Positions 12,356-25,447 of a DNA stretch of 64,000 bases are shown in pieces (the stretch's first letter is position 1; each line of letters starts with the position of its first letter). Position numbers and translations under genes: made by a program. The stretch is taken from the NCBI RefSeq assembly GCF_964194025.1, contig NC_134474.1:51646001-51710000 (forward strand). The letters run 5' to 3'. This DNA comes from Convolutriloba macropyga. Lineage: Eukaryota. The notes beneath the pieces were generated by a model, which had not been told where the DNA came from, ran no database searches, and saw only the letters and a list, made by a program, of their open reading frames with translations.

Positions 12356-13279
12356 TCAGTAAACTCCAATATTAGGGGAAATTGCGATTTCCTTGTCATA
12401 GCACATAGAGGACTTCTACTCGATAAAGACTGTTACTAATAAAACACTGATGAAGCATAAAGACTTTAAGATTTTTCAAACGAATTGTTAAAAGCCGCCG
12501 TCATCTTCTCAGCAGGCTAATATTGCGCTCCCATTTTGTTTTTTAAAATTCAAGTTATTTGAATTGTATTCGGGTGCTTTCTTTTTTACGACTCGAAGAG
12601 GAGTATTGGTGGAGCGTCTTATTTTTTTTGGTAATTTTGTTGCAGGGTATTTGAAACAGGAAGTCAAATTCGTGAAGACAAAGTCTTTAGGTCCTATTGC
12701 GGTTTTGTGTTCAAGTCGCATTTTTGAGAGAGCGAGAGAAGTAGGTGTGAAAAATTTCCACAGCGAGCAAAATTCGATCATGTGCGGGTTTTGGAAGCGA
12801 AGCTGTATTTTATTTTTAACTCCAGTTTTTTTTTTTTAGTAAAATGGGCTTCTCTCAGTTATCTAAAATGGTTCTACTGCGCTTGGAAGTTTTTTTGACA
12901 ATGAAGCAAATTTTACTCTGGTGTCAATTCTTCATTTTTTCGTAGCATTTGAGGAGTTCTGTGGTTAAAATCAGTTGATCTACCACTTTTTGTTGTCTCT
13001 CAGTTTGACGAATTTTAATTCTGAGTACTTTTTGTTGCACAAAATTGAGCAAGTTTGAGCAAGTTTTTACCAATTTTACTTTTTTCAAAACCCTATTTGA
13101 AGTGTTGATTTTGGTCACGCCGTAACAGGAAGTGGAACGAAAAAGTGAGTGTTGTTGCGGTGTGAAATTCTTTCACTCTAATTTTAAAGGAGTTTTAGGT
13201 CTAGTTGTTTGTTTAGTCGATGAAAGTCATTAGAAACGGGATCAACCCTTTAAGCCCGAATTTAGATGCCAGCTACTTA

Positions 13280-16200
13280 TACTTTGTTCAAGTCTTTTTT
13301 AATTGCTCTCAAACGAAGTTTGTAGCAATTATATTAGTCCTGTCGGTCTTTTTTATGCGATTTTTTGCTTGACCGATTTTTCGTCTGACGCTTTTGACTT
13401 TTCGTCCTCAAAAACGGGATAAACAGGTAGCGCCCAGCGGGCATTAAGTGCTCTCAGAGCCTTTCAGCTCTGTTTCAGCTCAAACTGTTTTGGAGACTTA
13501 TACTTATGGTGTGAAGGGCTGTTCATAGAGGTTGAAGACACCCCCACTGTTGACCCCCACCGTGCTGTTGCCCCCCATCCCAACGTTGACCCCCTCCCGC
13601 CCAATCAGCGACTCGGTGCACAAAGCCCCTCTTAGGTTTGACAATAGGTTACTGTATAGTTTGTAAATGTAATGGACTGTTTTCCAAAATTTCAACACCA
13701 CAAATTTTAGAATTTTTTTACAAAACAATTTTTTTTTGAATTTTTTTGACATTTATTGTCATTCAGGTTTTTCATCCTAACAGAAAATCTCTGTTAGAGT
13801 TTGATAATAAGTTGCTCGAAAATGTTTTTCGGCCATGGAGTTTCTAGCTACTGACGAACAACTGCTCGCTAAAAACACGCGAATTTATAATATTTTGCAC
13901 AATTTTTTTTCAAGCTTTTTAAATTTTTTTGACATCTGTTTTTTATTGGCCCTAGGTGTCATGGAACCTCCTACAAGTTTTAATAATATGTTATTGCATA
14001 TTTTCTAGTGGTAATGGAATGGTTTCAATATTATAACGTCACGAATTTTTTTTTCCAAACGTTCAATTTTTTTCAAATTTTTTGACATTTTTTTCCTTAC
14101 TCAGGTTTTTCTAGACTCAGGGGCCAGACAATTTTCTAAGGGGTTTGATAATGAGTTACTGACAAATTTTAATTGGCCATGAAGTTTTTCAACTTTTTTT
14201 GTCACAAATTGTAGCAATTTTTTTATTTTTGAAAATGTTTGTCTTTTTTCCAGCATCATGACCCAAGGAACATCATCTAGGCTTTGAAAAGAGGTTAGTG
14301 TATATTTTCTAGATGCAATGGAATGTCTTGCAAGATTGTATCATCATGAATTTAATCGTTTTTTTTTCGACAATTTTTGCCATTCTTTTTTCAATTTTTT
14401 GACATTGTCATTTATTAGGTTTTTTGGCCTCAGGGGTCAGAAAACCTCCGTGAGGGTTTAACAATAAGTTACTGGAAATTTTTTGTCGGTCATGGATTAA
14501 TTTTCAAATTTTTAATAGCACAAGTTTTAGCAATTGTTGTTATAAAACTTGAATTTTTTTTTAAGTCTTTTGAAGTTTGTGGTCATTTTTTTAGGTTTAT
14601 CTAGCCTCAAGAGCCAAGGAACTTCCTCTGGGGTTTGTTCACAATAATGGAATTGTGACCTATTTTTTCTGACTTCAGTTTTCAAAAATTTTTTTTTCAA
14701 ATGTTTAGAAAATTGTTCATGTTCCAAGTCTATTGATCATTATGAGCAAGTGAAACTATTTCAGGCTTCAAACAGGGCTACTGGATAGTCTCTTGATACA
14801 ATGAAATTGTTCTTAAGGTATGAATATCTTAAATTTTAGCAAGATTATGTTAACATTTGCAATTGTTTCCAAAAATTTTTTGAAATTTTGTTCTTTTCTT
14901 AGTTTAACGACCATTGGAGATGGGCTACTTGACAGAGTTTTCGAGACAAAAAATGGTCTTCAACTTTGTTTAGTGTGAAGTTGAAAACTTTTGTTTTTAC
15001 ATTTGCCTTTTTCGGTTTTTTTTTCCTATATGATCTATCTACTAACAAGGCTAGAAAACTAGAAGTTGCAGAAACGAATACCATCATGCAAAATATTCCT
15101 ATCTCTCTTTCTCTCTGTCGGTTAGATTTTTTTCATTCTTTCTCTTTCATGTTTTCTCTCTTTCTCTCTCTCTCTCACTCTACCTCTGGTTTTTTTGTTG
15201 ACGCTGCCCTTCAGCTGCTGTTATGTGGCGTAATGTCATCATCCCTGATCCTCATTAACAATGAATTATAGTAGAAATGGTTTTTTGTAAATAACTTGGC
15301 AGGCAATTTTTAGGAAATCATTGTTAATTGCTCTCAAAATCAATTTGTAGCAAGTATATTAATCCTGTTTGTCTCTTTTATGGAATTTTCGCTCGGCCGA
15401 TTTTTCGTCTGACCCACTTGACTTTCGTCTTCATAAACGGGATAAAGAGGTAGCGCCCAGTTTGCATAAAGTTATCTTAGAGCCTTTCAGTCCGCTAGTC
15501 TTCAAGTATGCAATTAATAGAAACTGTTTTGGAGACTTATACTTATGGTGTGAAGGGCGGTTCTTAAAGAACGATCCTAAACCCCCACCCACCCACCGCC
15601 CCCACATCAGTCCCCCAATCCGGTTTTGCACCCCCGCTGCGGTGGACCCCCGCTGAGCTCACCTTACGCCCCTTCAATTAATCTAATGCTAGCCGAACTA
15701 AACCGTGGCTAATTAATGACGAAGCCAACCGCTCGCCGGTCGTTTGAGAGCAATTCGCCCGTCGTTAGTCGGTTATGTTTACTATCTCTAATGCGTTCTG
15801 GCATTATTAGCCCCTGCATCACAGGAGTATGCATAAGTACAAAATCCAATCAAAATAGTTTGCACTTTAAAATTAATTAATTATTATCAACAATTAATTT
15901 TTATCATTGTTTTTCTGTTCCTTCAATCCCAGTCGGTGTTATGGGAATCAATGGTGGCTATTTACCCGGCAATGTGTCGGGTATGATTTTTGAAAAACTT
16001 CTGAACTTTTGGTCATGTCGGCTGCGAATCCCATGAACTGATCTATATCTGTTTCTATCTGTATATTACGGCCCTCAAATGTTTTTCTGTGGATGTTTAT
16101 ATCAATTTTGCAGGCAATATTTGTAATCTTGAGTGTACTGCTTATAGAAGAGTGCAAAGTAGTTGAATATCATAAGAGCTACATATTGTTTTGTTAGAGT

Positions 16201-17300
16201 ACTGATAAACCTTGTATTTAGGTGGTCTAATCTATATATACATAAGCTTATACAATACAACAATAATCTTAGAGTACTCCTCTTAGACGACGCTAAAGTC
16301 ATTGGAGTATCATTAGTGCTGTGTACTCTTTTGTTAGAGTACTGATGAATCTGAATCTGTTGTTCAAGTTGGTAATGTTATCAATAGAAATGCATATTTT
16401 GGGGCTATTATTGGCTTTCTCTTATTTTTTTTTACAATTCAAAGAAATTGATTTGTATTGGGGCGCTGTGTATTTTTCAAAGATGTGTTCACACAATTTT
16501 CAATGAATTTGATCTTTCAAAACGGGCTAAACAGGTAAAGCCCAGCGGGCATTAATTTTCCTTGGAGGCCCAAAGTGCACTTTAGTTGTCTTTCATGTAC
16601 TCAGAGTGGTGCAGCTGCTGGTATGGCCTTAATTTAAGGTTGAAATGTCATTTTTAGGAGTGTTTGGGCTGAAAATGGTTCAATTTTTCATGTTTTTTGT
16701 GATTTTTTGAGTTTTTTGTTTGATTAGACTGAAATTGAAGATTTTTGTGATTTTTTTGAGTTTTTTGTTTGATTAGTCTTAGGTTGAAGTTTTTGATGAA
16801 GGTTAAAAGTTAATGGAGGCCTTCTACGCGACAAAATTACTTGTTATGACCATTTTATGAGCAATATGTTTTACAAACACAAACATGCAAGATGATACTG
16901 ATTTTTTCAATTTATTTTGAAAGTTTTTGTCATTTATTGAGTTTTCTAAGTGCCAGAGAATCTATCAGTAGCCAGGTAATCTCATCCAGGGTCAGATAGT
17001 ATGTTATTATTAGTTTCTAGGTGGCAATTGAATGGATTTCAACATTTCATTAGAACGAACTTCTACTTTTTGAAGTTCGAAATTTTTTGTAAAAATTGTT
17101 GCCTATCAATCTTTGAGCTAATGAATTTTTTAAGGCTTGGAATTGGATTACTGGATAACCTCTAGAGACACAGAAATGATTCTGAAGATACTAATATCAC
17201 GATTTACAGCAACATTTCATTAAAGTTTGCAAATGATTTCATTTTAAAAAAAAAATCGGTCAAATTGGAGTTAATCGATCTTTTAATCGATTTTTAAGGG
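13280..17300. repeat. Degenerate AT-rich interspersed and periodic repeats
   Basis: aaacgggataaacaggtagcgcccag-type block at ~13412, ~15436 and ~16520. Recurrent ttttttgacattt...gggtttgataataagtt-like units at 13.7-14.9 kb. Confidence 0.6.
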
Positions 17301-17879
17301 CCAATGAATTTTTTCAGGTCTTGCAGATATAATACTGAACCGATTTTAGAGACAAAAATTGATTTTGAACATATTTTTGAAATAGGTATTTTTAAAGGAA
17401 TCATTTTTTCCCTAGGGGTAATAGCTTCAAGAGTGTTAGCATTGAGTATATTTTTTTTTAATTTGTTTGATTGTTTTAGTTTCTCAATATTTTGAGATGA
17501 TTTTGTTGGTTTTGGCTTTTTGGATGTCATTGTTCAATGGATCTGCTGATCAGTTAGAGTACTTCTAAGTTTTTCATTCAATTCTTTGAACTGTATTTTA
17601 GGACTTGTCCTGCTATGTTTTTTTATTTCGCCTAACAGATTTTTGTTTCGTCTCACCGTGACTTCTTGGAATTGACTTTTTCAACGGCTTCAGTGACTTC
17701 TACAGCTTTGCAGTTAAAATTTGTGTTCGTGACGTCATTTCTGCTTTTCGGTCAATTGCGTGACTTACCTCATGTTGTTTTTTTCATGTTGTTCGTGTTT
17801 TGTCTGGCTTTATTCAATTGATCTGCTGCTCTAATAGAGTACTTCTATGTTTTTCATTCACTTATTTGAATTTTATCTC

Positions 17880-19010
17880 AGGACCTATCCTGCTATTTTT
17901 TTACAATTCAAAGAATTTGAATTGTATTGGGGCGCTGTCTGAAGATCTGTTCACACATTTTCTTGATTTTTGAGGTCAAATTGGAGTAGTGATTTTGGTC
18001 ACGCCGAAACAAGAAATGGAGCAAAGAAGCGAGTGGTTTTGCGGCGTGTTTTTTTGCTCTAATTTTGTAGAGTGAGAAAACTGTGTTTGAACAAAAATTC
18101 GGTTTCTCAGTAGTGGTTTTTTGTTCACATGCGGCAATTTCACTCAGATCTTTACTGTTTTTTCAATTTTTTGGATAGGATTTTTTTCTAAATGGTTTTC
18201 CCAATCCATTCACAGCTCACTCTAGGTCTAGTTTTTTTGCTTGAATTAAATTTTCATTTCTCGCTAGTAGTTTTTTTGTTCACATGCGGCATTTTGACAT
18301 TGATTTTCTGTTTTTTCTAATTTTTTTTCTGATTTTAAAATTAGTTTTCTCAATTCACTCATTGTCCATTCTAGGTCTCGTTTTTCTGTTTAGTCAATGA
18401 AAATTCTTTGAATTGTACGTCAGGACTTGTCCTGCTATGTTTTTACAATTCAAAGAATTTGAATTGTATTGGGGCGCTGTCTTTTTTTTTTAAGATCTGT
18501 TCACACATTTTCATGATTTTTGAAGTCAAATTGGAGTAGTGATTTTGGTCACGCCAAAACAGGAAATGGAGCGAAAAAGCGAGTGGTTTCGCGGCGTGAA
18601 TTTTTTTCGCTCTAATTTTAAAGTAGAGTGCGAAAGTGGTGTTTGAACAAAAATTCGGTTTCTCGGTAGTGGTTTTTGTTCACATGCGGCAATTTCACTC
18701 TGATTTTTACTGTTTTTTTCATTTTTTTGGATCGGATTTTTTTCTAAATGGTTTTCCCAATCCATTCACAGCTCATTTTAGGCCTATTTTTTGTTTGAAT
18801 TAAATTTTCATTACTCGCTAGTGGTTTTTTGTTCACATGCGGCATTTTGACATTGATTTTTTTGTTTTTTTTTTCTTATTTTTTGATCTGATTTTTTTGA
18901 AATGGTTTTCTCAATTCACTCATAGTCCATTCTAGGTCTAGTTTTTCTGTTTAGTCAATGAAAATTCTTTGAATTGTACCTCAGGACTTGTCCTGCTATG
19001 TTTTTTTATT
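17880..19010. repeat. Tandem duplication, ~545-560-bp unit, two copies plus the start of a third
   Basis: ggac(c/t)t(a/g)tcctgcta...ttacaattcaaagaatttgaattgtattggggcgctgt at ~17881 and ~18423. The head recurs at ~18984 and the bodies are collinear. Confidence 0.85.
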
Positions 19011-19479
19011 TCGTCAAGATTTTTGTTACGACCATATCACGTTACAACCACTTTAAATCTGCTTTTTGTTCATTCGTTCATGCAGTTTCAACTGAATTGC
19101 GTGCGTGACGTCATTTTTCACTCTTAGTGGAGCGAGTTTTTGTTCATTCGAGTGATTAAATTTTTGGTCACACGTGACTTACCTCACTCTCAAAAATGAC
19201 TTCCGGACTCTCAACATTGACTTTTTTCAATTTGAAGAGATAAGGTCAGGTGACTGTGTGTCACTCTAATTGAAGGTTATTTAAGAGCAGCTAATAGGAG
19301 CAGCAGTAAGTTATACAGATTCATAATAAAAAAAACTCACTTTTGAAATGACGGAAGTCAACTTCTGGCTAAGTAGTAAATTCTGGCACCGCAGACGTTC
19401 GGCGTTTTGAAATGTGCACGCGAGTGTTTTAAATAGTTATACATATTTTAATACCTTGCTGCAATAATTACCATATACT

Positions 19480-20600
19480 TTAGCACCCACTCAACTTCGG
19501 CTGGACTGAGCCCATCGCCAGCCAGTGAGTGCCACTCTGCCAACCTCACGCTGGGTGATCAGTTGAGCAACTCAATGAGCTCAACGTTTCCACCAGCCAG
19601 TCACTCGAGAGCTAGTTCCGCTACCTCACTCAACTCAGTCCCGGAAGAGTCTCAAAGCAGCACCACCAACACTCTTCATGCCTATATCCAGACTCAAAGA
19701 CTTAACTCGCCTGTTTATGGGAATAATTTGTATACGGCTCAAGGAGCGCTCGGGCTGTCTCAAACCGTGAAGTCAAGTTCCACCAGAGCAGCAATGACAG
19801 GTGTGAATAACCGGATGCCCACTATAACGTTGCCAAGGTCTAAGCTCCGAGAATTGAAGGTTGTTCATGGAACTGAAAATAATGGAGGGAAAACAAACTC
19901 AGAGTTAGCAAAGGTCAATGGATCAGGGGATGGAATAGTTGATGTCTTACAGTTCTTGCGAAGACTGGACGAATTGTGCAATAGGAAATCATGTGGACTT
20001 CCTAATTTGGTGAGCTTCGATTTTTGGTTCAATGAGGCACCGAGGCAAAACAGCCGATCATTACTATTGCATGGCAGGTTCCACAGCTGATTGTTTTCAG
20101 TTGACGCTTTCTACAATTTAAATGACGTATGTGCTGACAGTTTTAGTTTTGTTGTGGTTTCAGGTTTGCAGACAATTGTATCTCGTTTCTGTAGTGAGGA
20201 AACGTCTCTATACATGCGAAGACTCAAGTTGGATGCAATGTGAAACTCAAAAGTTCTTAGAGCGAAGTCAGGATCTCTTGCATCCCAACTACTTCCTACC
20301 TTTTTCGGTCTCAGGGGAAAACTTCCAGCAAAACTGGAGTAGTCTGGCAGTAAATTGCCTTGATTTGAAACATTCAAACTCATTGCCCAGAAACCCTCGT
20401 TCTATAGAATCTATTGCTTATTTAGATTTCATGAATATTGTAAATAGTTTGTAAATGAGCAATTGTAAATAGAAATTGTACAACTTAGAATAGAAATTGT
20501 GTAATTAGCTTTCATCAGTTGAACCTTACCTTCCTTTCCTCTAGTCATCCTAATAGTAATTTGAAGTTTTAACGGAGAATATTTCTAAATAAATCAATTT
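19480..20600 (+). pseudogene. Possible 3' end of a decayed LINE
   Basis: GC-richer island. One frame gives SQLLPTFFGLRGKLPAKL...FETFKLIAQK, resembling a LINE ORF2 C-terminus, followed by a tgtaaata-rich 3' UTR and aataaa (~20588). Confidence 0.3.
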
Positions 20601-21998
20601 CTTAGATTATTTATGTTTTGATGCTCATTATGTGCCAACTATAATTTAAAGTGCCACACATGTCTTCTTCTCAGTTATGGAATTTCTACAGAATACTAAT
20701 TTCTTGTCTCGAGATTCTATAAAAAGTTTGGTTGAAGAGTTCAACTGCGCCGATTTTGAAACGTATAAATGGACATTAAACGTATAAATGGACAGTAATG
20801 CCACAGGTGATGTGGCCGAGCCCAGGAAAAACAAAATTAGTGAGAATTCAAACTGGAAGAGGGTAATTTTAATGAAAATTTGATCATTGATTAATTGATT
20901 GTACTTGTCGGCCGCTAATATGATCACTAATACTATTATAGAAAATATTTTATGCCTACTAAATCATAAGTTCCCAGTGTACTACGCATAAAACTGAACA
21001 TTTAATACTTAATCGAGTAATGTGTAAGTGATACCTTGTCTGGTAGCACGGAGAACCGAAATTGTGCATAAAATGATTAAATGATTAACATTAAAATGAC
21101 TATAATATCTATTGGCTGCAGTTTTTTCATCCAATCAAAAGAAGGGCGAAGCATTACAAGAGTTTAAATGGCTCCGGGCTTTGAAAAAGTTTTGAAAAAT
21201 GAGGCGAAAAAGTGTCAAGAATCAAAGGGCTTGCAGAAAGTGAGCTTGAATCTAGCTCGTTGTGAGTCCGTGATGGTGTAATTGCAAGTGAGACATCAAG
21301 GACTGATTTCATGTCAACTTTCAGTTTAAGAAAGAACATCACCTTTCGCTTCTTCTGTAAGACTTCGAATGGCATTGGAAATTTTTCCCGTTTACATGTA
21401 TTTAGCAAATTTCTTTGTATTCATCAAACGATCGTTTTGCTTTAGTTTGCTCAGACTTTCCTGGATAGCTTTTGCTTCAAGAAACAGGAAATCTATGTCC
21501 ACTTCATCCATTGATCTAACCGTCTTGTAATGGTTTTTTATTTGGGGCGTCATCCTCCGTTCTTGTTCTTGCAAGAATGAGATGAGGCATCACCATTGCG
21601 CAGTATATGGCCGTTTCCTCGTTAGAATCATTTAAAGTGGCAGACAAGCTCAGGATCAAGAGAAAGAAAGTCCGAGCGGAATATAAGCTGGCGAAGAAGA
21701 CCAGTGCAGACGAATGGTGGTTAGATGTCGTGGAAGAAGCCAAATTAGCAGAAAGGAAGGGCGACACCAGGACCATCTATAAATCGCTTCGAGCCGTGGG
21801 GATCAGAAGTCTCCAAACCATCCAAGAGGAGAAACTCTCCCCAGAGGAATTTAAAGAACATTTCATGAAGGTCTCGCTAGAACTCTATGAGCGGGATGCC
21901 AGCGATATAATGAGAACGGCTAACTGATAGCGGAGGCGGGACAGGATTGGACGAATGTTGAAAATTTAGCTAAGGACAGGAAGAAATGGAAGACACTG

Positions 21999-22484
21999 GT
22001 GAAAGAGAGGCAGAGAAAGCTAATCGAGTGGGAAAACGAAATGTGTAAGTACCACAAGGGTGGATTGAAACCCACGCGAAGTCAGCGAGCAACTGGAAAC
22101 TCCCTTCGTTGCAGATGGGAAGGCTGCACGAAAGTATGTAGATCAAAAACTGGACTCGTGCAACATGAGAGGAGCCACAAGCCTCAACAAAAGTTTTTTT
22201 TACATGTGAAGAATGCCAGAGAACTTTCAAACAGAAACAAAACCTGACGAACTATCAGAAAAGTTGCGATGGAGCGCCGGAAGGTTTCTGTGGAGCGTGT
22301 GGTGACCGAATTTCTAGCAGAAACAAATCGCGTCATGTTAAATTGTAGAGCACGAGGGAGTAACGTGCAAACACAGACAAGCCGCAACAGTGAGAGATAT
22401 AAAACAACGCCCCAGTTGCATGGTATGGATCTCAGCCAGGAACATTGCACGACACAGAAACACAAGCGATGGAGAACCGACTGA
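21999..22484 (+). pseudogene. C-terminal zinc-finger cluster of RTE-like ORF2
   Basis: CRWEGCTKVCRSKTGLVQHERSH. In shifted frames: CEECQRTFKQKQNLTNYQKSC and PSCMVWISARNIARHR. Confidence 0.7.
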
Positions 22485-22571
22485 AGACTAATCTACAGTC
22501 CTCAGAGCGAATATCACAATTGTGCTAAATTTGTAAATAATTGTGAATAAACCTTAGCTTTTAATCTCCAT

Positions 22572-23233
22572 ATGAAGACCTGCCCGCTTAATGGAAGAAT
22601 GAGGTTTTCTTTGTAAAGTTCCCATTTGCGGGACCAACTCAGGATACCTTTTTCAGAAGTTATGCTGTGGCCTAAACCGACTTGAAAAGAGACAATTCGC
22701 CATAACATTGATCGGAACAACTGCAAAGTGACTCTAATAAAAGACGAAGTAAAGCGAAATGTCATCACTACCCAACCAACTCCGGAAAAGTACAACCGGG
22801 GGATCCTAGGATCGTCCTTAGTTTTCGGCGTTTTTCTGGAGGACACAGTGTGTGTCAGCTGCCCTGGAGCGGGATGGGTAAAAATGAAGAAAATTGCCAT
22901 GCTAGGGGGGCGGCAACGATGCAGTGAATATGGATCATTCGGAGAATGACGTTGCCGGTGTCCTCCTCAAATTCAAAGAAACGACTTAAAATGTATCTGG
23001 ACAAAGGGTTCCAAATAGTGTGCGTCCAGTGTCCCGGAAGAAAGAAACATAAAGAAGTTATGAAAAATTTTAATAAAGGATACAGAAAAACATGCAAGAA
23101 GCTAAACATTCCCTTCCACTCAAGAAAACGTTTTTCTGTCAAACATCTAGCTAAAGAGGGAGTCCACCCAAAACCTGACAAGATCAATGAGCTGATGAAG
23201 GACATCTACAATGCTCTGAGATCCCTAGGCTAA
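22572..23233 (+). pseudogene. SGNH/GDSL esterase-like ORF inside the RTE-like insert
   Basis: Block I GILGSSLV, block II SCPGAG, block III GGGNDAV (after a frameshift in the G-run at ~22905) and block V KEGVHP. Confidence 0.7.
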
Positions 23234-23314
23234 AGTGTCCCTTTGCGGAACCAACTGCTGTGTCGTCTCATGCATAGCAGTCCCTCAAGGCTAATAAAGA
23301 GAGCCGTAACGAGC

Positions 23315-23349
<35 letters not shown>

Positions 23350-23869
23350 TATGGCCGTTTCCTCGTCAGAATCATTTAAAGTGGCAGACAGGATTTCATT
23401 CAAGGTATCGGTGAACTTAAGGACTGTTTTTTCTTGGCAGCGTAAGAAAGATTGCTTTCCAATGAACGACTTGTCTGTAGATGTTCTTCATAAGCTCTTT
23501 TGTTTTCCTCAAGTTTAAGACAAAAACAGCAAGGTTCAGGACAGGCTTCCCTAGAGGCTTGCGATGTCTGGCCATCAGCCGCTGCATGGTTTAGAGTTGT
23601 TAACTCTGAGGAGATTAGAGTTGCTTTCGTTTCGCAGCTTACGCAGAGGCAGTTATCATGGTGTTCTCGCCTTGCGCTGAGTCCACTACAATTTAAGTAG
23701 TGGTAAGTGGCGCATGAGTAAAACCAAACCCCTCCACCCTGAGATGGTTTGAATTTTTTGAGCTGTGTGACTGCTCGGACATATAGATGAGATCTAAAAA
23801 GCTATTAGTAGTCTGAAAACATATGATTAACTAATGAGTAAAGATTTCAAAAATGCGGGTTAAATAACA

Positions 23870-24345
23870 AGCAAACAGATGGTAACCATAGAAAAAAAAT
23901 GTATACCATCTTTACAGAAGTGATTAAAAGGGAAATTGAAGTATGGGGACACAATCTGAATTGCTGGATGAATAAAACTACTAACTAATTTATATAGAGC
24001 ATAATTTAGATTTTTAGTTTGATTATTTAGAAAACGATTATTTGTGGAGCCAATAGTTGTTGAAGCGTGGATGAAATTTGTCAATTATTGTTTTCAATAA
24101 TTTTCTCCAGTTGTTTGAAAAGTCATGTGTGCTTGTGTCGTGAACATTAAAACCAGCAATTACAGTTAGTGTGTAGTCTCTCTGGTCTATACTGTTGAAG
24201 AGTTCTGGTCCAATCCTCAAGCGTAGCAGCTCTGAAGGAGTGTATCGTCGCCTTTGTTTGCTTAGGGTCCATTGTCCATGAGAAACCTGGAATTTTCTTC
24301 GACTTGAAGCGGGGAGTCAACGTTCACCTAAAAAAGACTGTGGCA
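23870..24345 (-). pseudogene. Second SGNH hydrolase-like remnant
   Basis: Across frameshifts: VFLG..., IHSFRAATLED, LTVIAGFN, FCKDGIHF. Confidence 0.55.
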
Positions 24346-24637
24346 TTACATGGAGAACAAATGATCAAATGGATATTTTAAATATATATTTTGAAAAATT
24401 TAATATGAAAAGAGACAATATAATGATTTTGATGCCTGACGGGTGTCTCAGGGTGTGTTTTGTCACGGGTCCTCTCACTGAATGGCCAAAAATATTTGGA
24501 AAACTAACTTATTAAATCGCAAACGCTATGTAATAAGTTTATCGCAATAATTAGGCTGTAAGTGTAATTTTAAGTGATATATAGTGCAACAGTTTTTTTG
24601 CAACTGTAGTTTTGGTCTGTAGGTTTGTAGGCAGTCA

Positions 24638-25039
24638 GGGAACTGTTCAGCAATTGCCCCCCTTTTGCAAAAGGGGGGCTATTCTTGAATAGAATTTAAG
24701 AGGAATTTATTAACCAATCACAGACGAATAATAACTTTTAAATAACTTCCTTGTATGCGCATAGTATATTAAACTAAATAGAATAAAATACACAATGGCA
24801 TGCCGAATTAGAAGACAAAACGAAAAGAATTTCCGACTGTTGGCCAACGGGACGGTTGGCGCGCGTCCCACAGCGCATGAAATGCATGGCCGTGAACAGC
24901 GGTCCACAATTGTGCTTTAACCAATATTCGGCTATCTAAAGTGTAGGCCAAGTGATAATGTGGTAAAGTATAGCACAGAAAGGGGGACAATTCTCTACTA
25001 GATACCAAGGGGGGGGGGGGCAATTGTTAAAAAAGACCC
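24638..25039. mobile_element. MITE-like element (~400 bp)
   Basis: Imperfect TIRs gggaactgttcagcaattgcccccc and gggggggcaattgttaaaaaagaccc. Flanking direct repeat gcagtca(g) at 24631 and 25040. Confidence 0.6.
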
Positions 25040-25447
25040 GCAGTCAGTATTATCTGTGCTCAGTAGACAAAGCGATTGCCATTTTCTGATAGCAGGCGCT
25101 GGCATGCTTGTGATCAGTTGAGATTTATTTCTAGTTTTAGTGTACATTGCTGCAGAGATTAATAGTCCACTTCACTTAAGCATGGTGAACAAAGTCCTTC
25201 CACTTTCTGTTAAGTGAAATCGTTGACCAAACAGTGCCTGATTTATCTTGGAGAGTGAAAAATTAAATACTGTGAAAAATGTAAAAAAAAATCAGGTTGA
25301 TAATAATTTTATGCCCGGGATTGCAGAGAAAATAGGGGGTGTAATAATTAGTGGTGCGCATTAAATGTGTGTTTATAGAACAATAAAGTTAAACTAATAT
25401 TTTTTCAAAATTTGCATTCTTCGAAAAAGAATTAATGACTAAATTTT

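Larger units (their letters stand above)
21647..23348 (+). mobile_element. 5'-truncated, internally deleted RTE-like LINE with (GA)n tail and 42-bp TSD
   Basis: Direct repeats atatggccgtttcctcgt(t/c)agaatcatttaaagtggcagaca at 21605-21646 and 23349-23390. RTE linker DEWWLDVVEEAKLAERKGDTRTIYKSLR...FKEHF, C-terminal zinc fingers, aataaa at 23293 and (GA)n at 23315-23348. Confidence 0.85.
21230..23700 (-). pseudogene. CRE-like non-LTR retrotransposon fragment (pre-RT region), split by the 21647-23348 insert
   Basis: Removing the insert joins KFTDTLNEILSATLNDSDEETAIYCAMVMPHLILART. Across frameshifts this continues as RRLDQWM..DIDFLFLEAKAIQESL..KKFAKYM*TGKISNAIRSLTEEAKGDVLS, matching the pre-RT block I recall from animal CRE elements. 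Confidence 0.7.

Noticed and set aside
12509-18765. Numerous 60-100-aa Phe/Lys-rich ORFs
   Set aside because: Expected by chance in T-run-rich repeats, with no motifs.
19563-20090. 175-aa Ser-rich ORF as a host gene
   Set aside because: No recognisable domain or splice structure. The context is more compatible with a decayed retroelement.
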